The notes: generated by a model from the sequence alone, not told the origin. Counted from the first letter of the whole stretch, positions 24,301 through 35,838 are shown. The stretch: 51,129 nucleotides of DNA, filler included, from Sphacelaria rigidula (GCA_964200075.2; 3 parts of 3 records of this genome joined end to end with filler, not necessarily neighbours in it), one strand, 5' to 3'. Translations and numbers: made by a program.

Positions 24301-27300
24301 GACAATCAATCAACCATTCCGTTTGCCGGCGTTGGGCTACACATGCCCATGGTTAACACAGTTCAACAGGTATCACTACCCCTAACCCTAACTCAAACCC
24401 AACGCATACGGAGAACCCTCGGGCAAGGGCGCTACGTACATTCCCTAGGCAGGCAAAGTGCAACCTCGGTAGACCCCAAATTGGCGCCTGTGGCGCCGAT
24501 TTCAACGAAAACACGTTCTGCGCACGCGAGGAGCACACGGGACTGTCAGCCCTACTAAAATTCCGATTCTCGTTGCACACATTCAAATTAAGTAATATCA
24601 ACCATGGGCATTTGCAGCCCAACGCCGGTAAAGTCTACTGCCTTTTCGGCGCTTTCGGCGCCGGAGCTCCACACGACCAAACGGTTGTATTTGTAGCTTT
24701 CCGTGTCCTCGTGGTGACCTCGTTTTGGCTCGACGACAATGAGGGAAGGGAGAAGGCTGTCATGTTGTCATTCGACGAGGCGATCGACACTTCCGACACT
24801 GTCGTCGACTCTTCCGATGATAGCGTGGGGGTTATCATTGTGGTGGTCATGTCCGGGCTGTCGGTGGGGCCAGTCGACTGATCCTGCAGCACCCACACTA
24901 GTCCATCCCTGAAACATAATCCTAACCGTTCTCTACTTGCGGTACTCACTCCAGGTCCCTGGGGTGCCCTAGCTCCGAGCGACATCTCTTGAACCCTTGA
25001 GGCTCCATCGGCGAGTGCTGGTCGTGATCAACCCGGTAAAGAGCACAAGAAACATCAGCGAGCCAAGAGAAGAGCGATGTTGTTGTCCTATCAGCGCCCA
25101 TTTCACATATTTGGCTTCACTAGAGGCAAAAAAATACGTTAAATTTGGGCCAATTTTCAAGGACTGTATGTTGTGTACGTAGCCGTAACGGCTTGCCGGT
25201 AACGGCTTATATAGCCGGTAAAGGTATAATAATGGTTTGAAACCATTATCCAAACTTGTCATGTAACCATTACCATTTCTACCATTAAAATGATGATGGC
25301 CGGTTACAACTGGTACCATTTCCGAGTTCTAGTTGAATCAGTTGGTGGTCATTTCGGCACAGTTTTCCGCGCATTTTTGTACGTGTTTGTTCGCGTGGTC
25401 GTTTCACCACAAGGGCGACAATGCATCGAATACATACTGCGGAGGGTGTGGTGCGGCGACACAAACCTCTCAACATATGGCGCTGAAGCTAATGTGCCAT
25501 GATGAGCCGCTACAGCGCAGCTCAAAAATGGAACGGTACTCCACTGTAGTGCGTTCAAAACTCTCTTGTCACAGCTTCGGTCCACTGAACTCTCTTGAAA
25601 TGATTGGACTATATAAAGGCCAGTAGAGTATGAGGTCCCATCACAGTGCCCATTGAGTCGGGCTGGCAAATCATTACACTACACCAGAACACCGGCTGTA
25701 CTCGAAAGTTGGAAATCGATCAATCTGTCTGTGGTTGAGAAGCCCTAAACTACTGCTCAACCTTAATCTGGGACATCATATCCATCCGGGATGGTCATCT
25801 GGGTTATGGAGAAAGGGGGCACAGATACGTGTCACAGATGGATATCTATACCCCAGAGAGATGTTGTACGAGACTGCGAGGCCGCGGGGGTTGATTGATT
25901 GGTCAGTGACGAGGAAATTAGGAGCTAAGGAGTGCAACGCCCTCGACCTATGCCGTCTAGAAGAGAAAGGGATACCCCAAAAACGAGAAGTACTGGAAGA
26001 AAAGCACGCGTCCTGGTCTTTCGAACGTTTGGATACCCATGTAACTTTCTTGTGGGTGCAGTGGTCGTGTATTTACTGACCTTCAGTGTGGAGGGAATAA
26101 TTAAATATGAAGTAAAATATACTCTTCATTATTTTGTTTTTGTCACACTTTAATTCCCCCCCCTTCCTCGGGCTAGGCTCGTAGTGTCAAGATGTCAACC
26201 CATCTCTCCCCCGTACACGCATTGCATTTTGGCCTCGCGGATAGGGTCAGCACTCCCGCACGGCGTCAACTCTCGTGTCAAACAAACTCAGTGGACTAAA
26301 TTGCTCACTCACGTTCTCACGCTTTCCACGGTGGAAACCAGATATTACGAAGAAGAAATCCAACAGATCGGAAATCGAGCCCTCGTTATCTCCACCCTGC
26401 TGCCGACAGTCGGGACCATTACACCACCGGGGAGCGGCGGCACATTCATACAACATACAATTCCCGATCACACCACCATATTTGTAGTAGGATGCATCGA
26501 GGTTTTCATTATCAGCCTTTTGTAAGGGGTCATTATCTGAGAAACGTGAAGGCTTCTATACGTTCCGTAACTATCGAATATACCCCCAGCAAATATCAAC
26601 GGCGAGGTGTAGTTACAGATGCTCATATTTAGTACGGGTAGCGGTCACATTATACTCGGTTCGTTTCTGTGGGCGATCCTGCCCTTTTGGCCGTCCGTTT
26701 AATCTTGTTCCGTGTTTTAAGGCAAATCTTCGATGAGCTGGGTATGCATACGTCAATTTGGTGCATCCGAGTGATTGCTGAGGATACAAGCCTTCCACGT
26801 TGATGAGAACAGCACTTACAATTCCTTCCCACACATCGGAGTGGGAACATTATTGGACCGACGAAGTCCACAAGTTCAGCCCGGGTAAGTTTTCAAATAT
26901 CGCGCAACGCACAAGGAAGCCACGCTAGCGTGCAGGGTGTGTTGGTCATGTGAACCACAAAACACAGTTGACCTTTCGACGAATAGAGGAAATTCGAGAA
27001 GGTTAGTATTGTGCTGACTCAGGCACTTGCTACGATAGCCCCCTCCCCCCCCCAAGATCAGCCCAGAAGTGTAACGAAAAAAATGACCATACAGCGCCTG
27101 ATGTTTGTGTTCAGGCTGCATGAAGCGCCTCATATGGGCGACATTGGCGAGAACGAACCCGATCGTACGGATTGCCAGCTGCTCGTTGTGCTCGACCATT
27201 TCCACTCCAATTTACGCGGAGATTTTGCCGTCCCTAACCAGGCACTTCTTCGGGGGGGGGGCTACCGTAGGAAGTGTCCTCCCTTGAAGATCCACCAATG

Positions 27301-29670
27301 GTGTAATGACAAAAGCCGAATCCCGTCGCATTTTTACACCTGTGCCAAATCGGTCCCTTCTCCGCATGTAGTGCCCCATCCCTCCTGGCACCGATATATT
27401 TTGAACTACAATTTTCCCCCAAAGGACTACCATTCCTTCTTACGCCGCTCTTCTCGGTGAGAAGAATCTTCCCATCGAGAAACGACTCTTCCTACGATAG
27501 TCCCCTCCTCCAAACAAAACCAGCTCAAAACTATCACGAAAATAATTGTAATACAGCGCCTGATGCTTGGTTTCAGGCTGCATGACGCGCCTCAGGTGGG
27601 TGACATTGGCGAAAACAAACCCAAGTGGGGAATTCCCCGCTGCTCGTTGTCCTCGGTCTTTCTTATTTCGACTCACGTGTAGATTTTTCCTCCCCAACCC
27701 GGCCACTCTTGTTTGGAGGGGGGGGGGGGGGTATCGTAGGAAGTATCAAACGCACGTAGAACGACCCTTGCGGAAACACCATAGTTTTCATAGTAAAACA
27801 GGGGCGATCGAATGCACAACTCTACGTCGTAACCAAGACACCTCATCGCCACTTGTTTTTTTCTTGTGTTTTTTTGTGCTCTTCAATATCTGCCTGTTTT
27901 TTCTTTTGCACTTTCCTCTCCCCTATCTCGAACCGATCACACGCCGTACGTTGGGTACTCACTGCTTGATATATATATATATATATATATGTCACGTCGA
28001 GTTTCATCTATTTCCGAATGTTCGCTGCCTTCAAATCGCTCACCGATGCGGATTTGCTTGAGGTGCCTGAAGTAGAAAAGATTGAAGTAGATGCTGCAGT
28101 TTGAGTATGTCTCATCCTCCTCAGGAGGGTCGCCGGTGCACGTCCACGTCGTCGAAAAATCTCCGTCCTGGATAATGACAACAAAACAAGACACGCGCGT
28201 GTACTAAAGGAGAGAGGAGAGAGGAACACCCCAATACAAAGACAAGCAGTAGTGTTTACCACTCAGTCGATTAGAACCTTCCCGGAATTTTATTACTTGA
28301 TTTGAGTGTAAACACCAATATTCGGATCTTTAGCGGGGCTGACAGCCCCATCTGCCCCTTGCATGCGCAGATCGCGTTTTCGTCAAATTCGGCGCCTGCG
28401 GCGCCGTTTGGAGGTCTGCCAACGCCACACTTCGCCTTGAGAACGCTTCGCACCGCCCTCGCCCGAGGGTTCTCGGTATTCCATGGGCTGGGGGCAGGGT
28501 TAGGGTCAGAGAAATTCAAAAAAATATGTTTCCGAGTAATTTCTCCATCGACCAAATGGTAAACACACCTCAAGACTAGAATAAAAATATATACAAAGAT
28601 GTTGGAATCTTGTTCCAAAGTGGCTTGCATCATGGAACATTTCTGGCGGGCAGTCAGTGGTGTCGAGGGGGCACCACCACCCGTCCTGCCAAAAATGTCC
28701 ACGACGTCGCTGTTGCAACATCTTTGTGCTGTAGTAGTAGATGTATGTTCTGAAATATTTAAAAAAAATGGATCAAATAAATGTGAAACAGACAGTGGTA
28801 AATCCTGACCAAACCGTCCATACTTTCCGTGAAAAATAACACTTATGTCCATCGTTGCGGACCGTATCACCTGCTTTGCAATACATCACGTATTGTTTCA
28901 CCTAATGAGACTGCTGCGTATTGAATTCGATGCACAGAATCCCCCTCACTTGGCAGCAGTCGCGTTCTTGTGCTCCCCGACGGTAAGAACACGCTGATAT
29001 GAGGTTCAATATTTTTAAACCCCTTGGGTTGCCAAGGTTCCAACCTGTGTCCATGTATCTCAGACTCGCAAGGTCGTCGAGGTGAGGTATCACTCGATAG
29101 GTATCAACCCATCAGCACTCCTCCCGGAAATATTGCGAACATTCTTCAAAATCAAGGGGTTGAAGTATCATTTGCCCTCGCTTTCTCCTTCCTGGGGCTT
29201 GTTTTTCGAAAGTTAGGTTAGTAGTGGTTAGTGGGAAGCTTGACGAGGTCGGAAAATGCGGTACGAGCATAGGCGAAGAACGTTACAGCCCAAACAGCAT
29301 AGCTGTCACTATGTTGAGGTCAATAACTTGCTCCTTCGCGCTCAGTTTTCTCTCACAACATATGTAGTACTTAGAGAGAGGGAGAGAAAAAGCATGAATA
29401 TCGAATGTATCGAGCTTACCGTCAGCCTGCAGTTGTACATCTTTACATCATATAATGCGGGTATTCAAAGTGGCGGGGTGTACAATTTAAATGCACCCTT
29501 CCTTGTCAACAAGGATGCATAGACAAATGCAGAAGGCTTCACACAATATATGAACGATGTACTACACGGAGAAAAATATTTTGGTGATTTTCAAGTCATT
29601 ATAAATGATGCCTTAAAACATGTGTCGAGAGAAGAAAATGACATCATATTCGGTGCGCGCACACACACAA

Positions 29671-29710
<40 letters not shown>

Positions 29711-32700
29711 GCACGCACGCACACACACACGCACACACGCACCTTGGCGTGGAAGCGGTCCAGGTCAGACGTACCCCCCCCTGTGGCCAGAGGTAGGAGG
29801 CCAACCGTTTGAAGAGATGGATCCACCGGAACGGCCCCATCTGCAGTCGGCGGCGTGGGTGTGGGAGGAGGGGGGCTACCCTCTGACAGAACCATGATCT
29901 CTGTCTGCCTCATACAGAAGTATTGTGTAGTAAACAGGCAGGGAAGACGAGGAACGCACGGCACTGCAGTCAAAGTTATGTCGAAGACGATGTTGGGCTT
30001 AGAAGAGGACATGGGTGTCATGCCGTTGTAATACAGTGTGAGTAACCACATCTTTTGTTTTTCCAGCGCATTTTGCCGCTGTTGGTGGCCCTATCTACGT
30101 GCGTGGGTGTGCTTGCGAAGGGATGCATACACGAGCGGTATTGGACTCGTAGCGACGATCCCAGGAACCACAAGCAACGCAAATCGGCAAACGAGCCCCC
30201 TGAACCTATATTCTACGGGCTGCGGCAGGTACTGACTGATACTCTGATACTCGACATTAGTACATCGCCGTGGACTTATCGGGGGAGCAATGGATTGATC
30301 CCTCCAGACTACAATAAAAACACTCGACTCAACAGTCGACGAGGGACAATGGCCTGCTGAACCCCTCTCGCGATAAAAAAAAATAAAGACAAGCACCGCA
30401 GAAGGAGGGTGGAGAACTAAAACAAACAAAAAAGAAAAGAAACGCCCGTGTTGACCTTCCTCCTCTGTGTGACCCCGGCTGGTGCGCCCATATATATCGA
30501 CAGGTGTAGACTGGCGTCCAGAATAGATGGGACGACAACACTGCAATGCGAACCCGTCCTCCAAAATAGGATCGAGGTTGTGATTACAAGCACGGCCACT
30601 CCAAGGAAATGCATGCTTCAGGCCGTGTAGTACCTCGAGAATACTGAGCCATTCCGATGGCGATACAAGTCCCGAAATAGCCACAACCTCGCCAGAGAAT
30701 CCGGAGAGATCGATGCTCTCCAGAGCGTCCGTGGTGCCGGAGCTCTGCCAGGTGACGGCACGCACACCGTCAACCAGAACGTCTACCGATCTCGTTCTCG
30801 TCTTGCCCTCGTACAAGGCTGCTTGCGCAGCAGGTTTTCGGCAAATTGAAGATACAGTTAAATTACGTGGGGAATATCGAGCACACGTCAGGAAAGGTGA
30901 CAGTATAAACAAGTTGAGAGTGGTGAACTATGCAGCATCTCATATACATGCGCACATGCACCACCGATGCATGAGTGAGGAAGGGGGGGCGGGGGGGTGG
31001 AAATGGGGTCATTTGGACACTTACACGAAGAGCAGTCTGATACATACACTCGAATATACACAGTAGTTTCGCCCTTCTCGGTCGTGCCTCTGGATGCTGT
31101 ATATTTCGCTCTTCGGGTGTCCTACAGAGGATACCCACAAACACAGCAGATACCAGCGGGGCAAAGCCCACCAAAAAAGGTGTGGAGTAAAAGAGAGGAT
31201 AAAAGGAAGAAAGTTGCACACAGAGAGATAGATAGCCAGATGCTGTAGACGGAGAGTTAGACGCAGACACAGACATCGAAAAGCACGGGGTGATTCGGGA
31301 ATGATCATCGAGAACGGCCTACTACCCCGAGACCCAAAGAACAGTAGCTGCACGACACCTACTTCGCGTGCAAACATGTATCTATTATGCAACACCCACG
31401 CACAACGTCTAGTGGACCTGACGACCAGTTCAAGCAGCCAGGTTTCTGTGCGGAAATTGATAGGTAGGGCAACTTGAAGTCACCAGAGCAAGTACAAAAA
31501 GATCCTGATTTTCAGATACTAGCATTGTCACGCAAAATATGCTTCATATCTACGAAAAACGTGTACATTTAAAATGATTCTAAGGCGCAAAATATTTCAA
31601 GGAACCACGACATGCTCCTCCCCCGCCCTCCCTTATATTAACCCCCCCCCTTCCCACCCTAATGTACACAAGCGCGAGCACGCGTATTCTTACCGAGGCG
31701 CAATTCGGACAGCTCGCGGACGGCCCCTAAATCATAGGAAATGACACATCGTTCGCCGGCGCCCAGCTGGGGAGAGCAAGACCAACGGGACTGCTCCGTG
31801 AACAATCCATCCTGCGTTTTTCGCGTACACCCCACGGAACGTTTGGGCGACGAATAATAGCAGCATTGAAGGATAATCCGATTCTCGGGCACGATACGCA
31901 GGGTGGACAAGGTGTGCTGCTTGTCGATCCTGTGTGTCAATTGTCTCGGGCCGTGTCGGTATATCCAGTCTATGATCAACAAGCGTGTTGTAGGTTCGCC
32001 AGATTGTCGGGAGGAGCAAGATAGAACAACAAGAGCTTAAGGTCATAGCGTAAACATTGTCGACGCGTTCTCAGACGGCGACTGCACTGGATACTTCTGA
32101 CTACGGTCGAAATAAGACCTGCCACGCACATCGAAAGATAATCATCACAGCAGGGTGACCTCTGACGGGTGCAGACTCGCAAGCTGGCCGTCTCGTGCAT
32201 TGACTGCTCGTTCGGATCCAGAACGGTCGTGTGACCTTTATCCTGCACTATCGGGGATAACCATATCCACTATTGGAAGAGTTCAAGAGTAGAACAGCTT
32301 CCGAAAATAAAAAAACCCGATGTTCGAGCTGTGACGTAGGAATAGGCGTGAGTCAAACCTCGAGCCTGTGCCTTTTGCGGTGCATATACCCGCAAACCGA
32401 GTCTGTGCCCGTGACTCTTCAATCGCCAGGCTGGGTCACCTAGGCCCTTCACTCACATTTCGAGGGTAAGAAGTGCTAATTCAACTGTTGATCCACCCTG
32501 GTCGTGAAGGATCAGCCCTTCGAGCCCCAGACCCCTTTCCGGAGCATTATCGTGGGTTCATCTTCAATGGCGGTCATCCCGACGCTATATTTATCTCACT
32601 CGCCGCTCTCTCTCTATCTCTCTTTGCTACCACCAGCCCCGGTAACAAAACGCACTGCGTATCCCGTGGTTCCCGGAAAATGCGTAACGGCATGAAACAA

Positions 32701-32972
32701 AAGTAGTCGCAGTTTCACGCATTCCTCGGTAGTCGATCTACGGTGATCAGCGGCATATCTCGCGCACGACGTTTAAGCATGTGGCGGAGCGTCGTGTCCG
32801 CGATGCAGCTTACCCTCGTCAGTGATGCCACGCAGCCATCGGGGTCGCAACCCCCGGCAGAGGACAGGTTGGAGTCGTGCAGCGTGGAAGTGGCGCTGAC
32901 TGTGCCTAGCGTGGCCGCCTCGACTGCATCCGGGGTGGTTGGCTCCTCCCCATCGTCCACGAGAATCTCCAC
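18136..32972 (-). CDS. Partial spliced gene (9 exons, 408 aa): tandem discoidin/F5-8 type C/CBM32-like (galactose-binding-like) beta-sandwich repeat protein; 5' and 3' ends not found in this contig
   Basis: Exons 32972-32814, 31811-31694, 30818-30634, 29904-29743, 28167-28044, 25017-24950, 20975-20847, 18983-18897, 18327-18136. All have AG/GT boundaries and compatible phases, and join to 1224 nt with no stop. Repeated motifs DG..SRWSC/DG..TTWTC, YDLG, SSGTTDALE/SSGDTDELE, WLSILE/ISISE. The fold assignment is motif-based inference. Confidence 0.88.
18897..18983 (-). CDS. Repeat-protein gene exon 8 (VEFLEEPEADG...YDNGGQWV)
   Basis: Poly-T tract then tag|GTG ... GTG|gtgggt, 87 nt, phase 0-0; the donor could lie 3 nt earlier. 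Confidence 0.8.
20847..20975 (-). CDS. Repeat-protein gene exon 7 (IERFVVSSGDTDELETYDLD...ISISE)
   Basis: cag|ATA ... GAG|gtatgc, 129 nt, phase 0-0; paralogous to the second part of exon 3. Confidence 0.88.
21181..21526 (-). mobile_element. tRNA-derived SINE, same family
   Basis: Reverse complement reads gccagtcgtcccggtggctcggttggta..gagttcgaatctc..tctggga..gtcgacaagg..ggcgtccagaatagatg. Confidence 0.85.
21880..23195 (-). mobile_element. 5'-truncated, degenerate non-LTR retrotransposon (LINE): end of reverse transcriptase plus C-terminal CCHC zinc finger and 3' tail, intronic
   Basis: SETPGGLQKLIEKAL..W..VN..C.V, ELPIVDQHTYLGVEI (YLG motif), LAKELETVQ..ILGC..SNAVLRA.L, CPCG..SKTHAVAEC; multiple stops and frameshifts. 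Confidence 0.9.
24215..24313 (+). repeat. Short retroposon-like 3' tail ending in (CAAT)n; copies at about 19805-19910, 19990-20060 (-), 23885-24000 (-), 36330-36410 (-)
   Basis: catgagaccacggctggacccctgggggtcagttaaagtgcgacaatcaatcaa consensus visible in all copies. Confidence 0.75.
24950..25017 (-). CDS. Repeat-protein gene exon 6 (ALADGASRVQEMSLGARAPQGPG)
   Basis: cag|CA CTC ... GGA|gtgagt, 68 nt, phase 1-0; resembles the first part of exon 3. Confidence 0.75.
27024..27276. mobile_element. About 250-bp TIR MITE family (CACTT.CTACGATAGCCCCC termini). Other copies: about 10690-10926, 17150-17352, 17745-17955, 27487-27745, 49022-49210, 49365-49545
   Basis: cacttgctacgatagccccc / gggggctaccgtaggaagtg; shared core cagcgcctga..ctgcatga.gcgcctc..gacattggcga. 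Confidence 0.8.
28044..28167 (-). CDS. Repeat-protein gene exon 5 (DGDFSTTWTCTG...FRHLKQIRI)
   Basis: cag|GAC ... ATCG|gtgag, 124 nt, phase 0-1; paralogous to exon 2. Confidence 0.88.
28270..28508 (-). repeat. About 240-bp dispersed repeat with degenerate (CCCTAA)n at one end; copies at about 15125-15290, 16600-16835, 24378-24610, and a fragment at 15405-15495
   Basis: Shared gagaaccctcgggc.agggcg..ggcagacc..ggcgccgatttcgacgaaaac core in all copies. Confidence 0.75.
29659..29742. repeat. (CA)n/(CACG)n microsatellite starting at the exon 4 donor site
   Basis: Directly visible. Confidence 0.95.
29743..29904 (-). CDS. Repeat-protein gene exon 4 (TEIMVLSEGSPPPPTPTPPT...DRFHAK), Pro/Thr linker
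   Basis: cag|ACA ... AAG|gtgcgt, 162 nt, phase 0-0. Confidence 0.85.
30332..30545 (+). mobile_element. 5'-truncated SINE copy
   Basis: gtcgacgagggacaatggcctgctgaacccctctcgcgataaaaaa..ggtgtagactggcgtccagaatagatgggacgacaacac matches the SINE 3' half. Confidence 0.8.
30634..30818 (-). CDS. Repeat-protein gene exon 3 (ALYEGKTR...WQSSGTTDALE...WLSILE)
   Basis: cag|CC TTG ... GAG|gtac, 185 nt, phase 1-0. Confidence 0.9.
31694..31811 (-). CDS. Repeat-protein gene exon 2 (DGLFTEQSRWSC...YDLGAVRELSELRL)
   Basis: cag|GAT ... CTCG|gtaag, 118 nt, phase 0-1. Confidence 0.9.
32814..32972 (-). CDS. Repeat-protein gene exon 1 (VEILVDDGEE...GCDPDGCVASLTR)
   Basis: cag|GTG ... AGG|gtaag, 159 nt, phase 0-0. 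Confidence 0.9.
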
Positions 32973-34053
32973 CTGAATTCATGTCAATAATGTCATACTT
33001 TGCTTCGTGTGGGAGGCCACACGTAGGACGAGTCAGAATGTGTCCATGCGCCCTGAGCGCAGCATTTATGAAACATATAATGTGTGTATGTAATAACAAC
33101 ACACACGTACACAAAACACACTCCTTGGCAATGTACGGCTCGTGTGATGCCTGGTATATGGAGTATGGTATATGGACAGGTTGCTGATTGCTTGTCGGAG
33201 ATGAACCGATCCGCTTCGATTCCAGCCGCTGATCAAGCGGACTAAAATAAAGTGACTGGTCCCACGAATCACGATTTCGAAAGAGTGTGCACATGATCAA
33301 AACGTTTGCTCGACTGTAGATTGGCTATTATGTACTTGAAATACTGTCTTTCGGATAAGTACGGCCCGGTGCTGTATTTCGAACTTGTTCTACGGAACAT
33401 TTCGCCAGCCGAGACAAACGGACGGACGTCCTAAATCAGGACGATATCCCTCGCCACAAGCGGTACCAAAAACACGCGTCCGAGAATCAGATCAACAACA
33501 CATTGAGAGGATCACATACTCAGATTTTTGTTGCACTTTCCGATCCTCTTCCGTCCCCCGGAACGTGTCCGTAATATCAGAAGACTAACGCATCGCTCGC
33601 CTATTGTAGTATCTGCCTGAACACCTTGTTATGAAGCATGAGCTAGCACTCCTACAGCCCATCCACTTTCGTTGATGTTTTGTCAAGTCGCGTCTTGACG
33701 CTTCCCATGACGGAAATCAACATCAAACGAACCACTACGGTCGAGATTCGGTCGCCCCCGTGAATCCGACCACACTGGCCGAAGATTGAATGACCCATCA
33801 TCCACTAATTGACTGTTGCACAGATATTGATCCCCGAGCGATTCCGCCGTGATTCGTCATTTTCCGCAAGATAGACGTGCCCGTGGTAAACCAAACGGAA
33901 GCACTCTCTCTCCAGGCAACTCAAGAAAGGGGGAAGGCGAAGAAACAAGGACACAACAAACGAAGTAAGCCGAGTAACAGCGGGAGACAAACAAAACTGG
34001 GGGGAGGGGGGGTGTACTCATGATCACGCATGCCATAGTCATAAGACCATTGA

Positions 34054-34153
34054 NNNNNNNNNNNNNNNNNNNNNNNNNNNNNNNNNNNNNNNNNNNNTTA
34101 ATTAATTAANNNNNNNNNNNNNNNNNNNNNNNNNNNNNNNNNNNNNNNNNNNN
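34054..34153. other. Artificial contig-joining spacer (N44-TTAATTAATTAA-N44)
   Basis: Same 100-nt layout with TTAATTAATTAA at 34098-34109. Both flanking segments are 16976 nt. Confidence 0.98.
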
Positions 34154-34177
34154 ATCGGAACGGCTTTTAATGTGAAG

Positions 34178-34226
<49 letters not shown>
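34178..34226. repeat. (AAC)n microsatellite
   Basis: Directly visible. Confidence 0.95.
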
Positions 34227-34808
34227 GGTGACAGGGATCTTTCCAGCGAACTGCTTGCAAGCCCTGGGGATCACTTACTAACGAAGTCGCTCACGCTCTT
34301 CGATCCATCTCGAGGGATCCAACTGCCTAACCCCTTGACTGCGGTCGATCCTTGACGAGATAACACAGGGGAAATTATTGGCCACAATATGACAGAATTT
34401 TACAGAAATTACAAAGTCCAAAGAGTCAGATGCTCTTCCCGGCAGGACTCGGAGGTGCAACAAGGGCGTAGAGTCCCACGGACCTGATTCGGATCATGAT
34501 AAAATCCACAAGCTAGACAACATATGGTCAACAGTTGTAAGAGATAAAAATGTACTGGGTAAAGGCCTACTGCAATGATTGGCCATATACTGTCCAACTG
34601 AGTTGGATATATGGGTGGATATAGGCCTTTTGCAAGTATTGTTTTTTTGTTCAGGTTGTGGAAATATCTCACACTAGACGGAAGTCATCATCACGGGATC
34701 TACAGGACAGCGGCAATTTCCATACGGTGTTCTAGTGAAGAAGCATGGCAGGGGATTCCGACCGATGCACTACGAGCAGAACTACTACCCGGTGGATACG
34801 ACCATCTT

Positions 34809-35838
34809 TCAAGTGCGCCATGCAGGGTTGAAACTCGGGGGGGGGACAAGCCTTGATGTCCCCTTATGCCTAAAGTGCCCCTCTCTCACCGTCGAGTTGC
34901 CCCGCACATCCTCAGCCGCCCCCGACGGCTTAACTCGATGGATGTACCTCAAATACTGCTCCGCTTCGGGAGGACTGCTGGTAGACGCAAATCCTCGCCG
35001 CCCGCCAATCCCAGCTCCCATGACTTGCTCACCCCGCGCACAGTTCGCCAACAGCGCTGACGCGTCGCGGGATCCACCCCTGCTCGCAGCACCAACGCCA
35101 ACACCGGCAGTTTCCGATCCCCAGGGTCCCCGTTTCTCGCTCCCACCGGTCCGCCATCGCCTTCGGGCGGAATAATAAGCCCTCACTCCAACAACACTGG
35201 CACTGCCGCTTTTGCAAGGCACCGGCTTTCCCGACGTTGTTGTTGTTGCTGTTGCGGGGTAATTTATCGCGGTGGAGGTGGCGGGGTATTTCCCTGGAGA
35301 AGTTGCGGTGTAACTTAATTTCGGGGCGGTAGGATATCTTCCGTTGTTTTTGGGGATGGCGGTGGTAGTAGAGAAACTCCCCGCAGAAAAGCTCAAACCG
35401 TCCTCCAATAGTAAAGGATCGCCAAGCGGGCCACGGCCTCTGCGGTTGCTGCAGCCGCCGCCGGATAATCGTCTCCTACCGTTAGTTGGTAGCAGTGCCC
35501 CCCCGGTCGTTGTGGTCGTACCGCTAGCGTACGACCGGCGTGTCCTGTCATCGACGCATAATGATGCTGATGATGATACAGGCGATACTCCTCCTCCTCC
35601 TGCTGCTGCTGCTACAAAATGCTCTATTCGTTTCGATGGGTCGTTGCTCGACCGAACAGGACGCACCCCTGATCCGCCGCCCTCGCTGCAGTTGCGATCA
35701 CCAGCACTGTGGTCACAGAAAAACGTTCGGCAGTTCCCGTTCGTTCCCCGTGTTCCGTCGGTGACTCGTCGGCGCTGTCCTGGGTTCAGTGCCGCTGTGC
35801 TCGATGCAGTGACAACTTGTTGTCCACCGGAGAGGCAC
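34809..35838 (-). CDS. Long low-complexity (S/G/A/T-rich) exon of a hypothetical protein
   Basis: Frame open from the pyrimidine-rich acceptor cag at 35841-35839 through ORF 34809-35666 (about 340 codons); AAAAGGGG and TTTTT tracts typical of disordered exons. Confidence 0.65.

Noticed and set aside
30091..30912. 273-aa ORF as a complete gene
   Set aside because: Only 30818-30634 is exonic; the rest is intron and antisense SINE.
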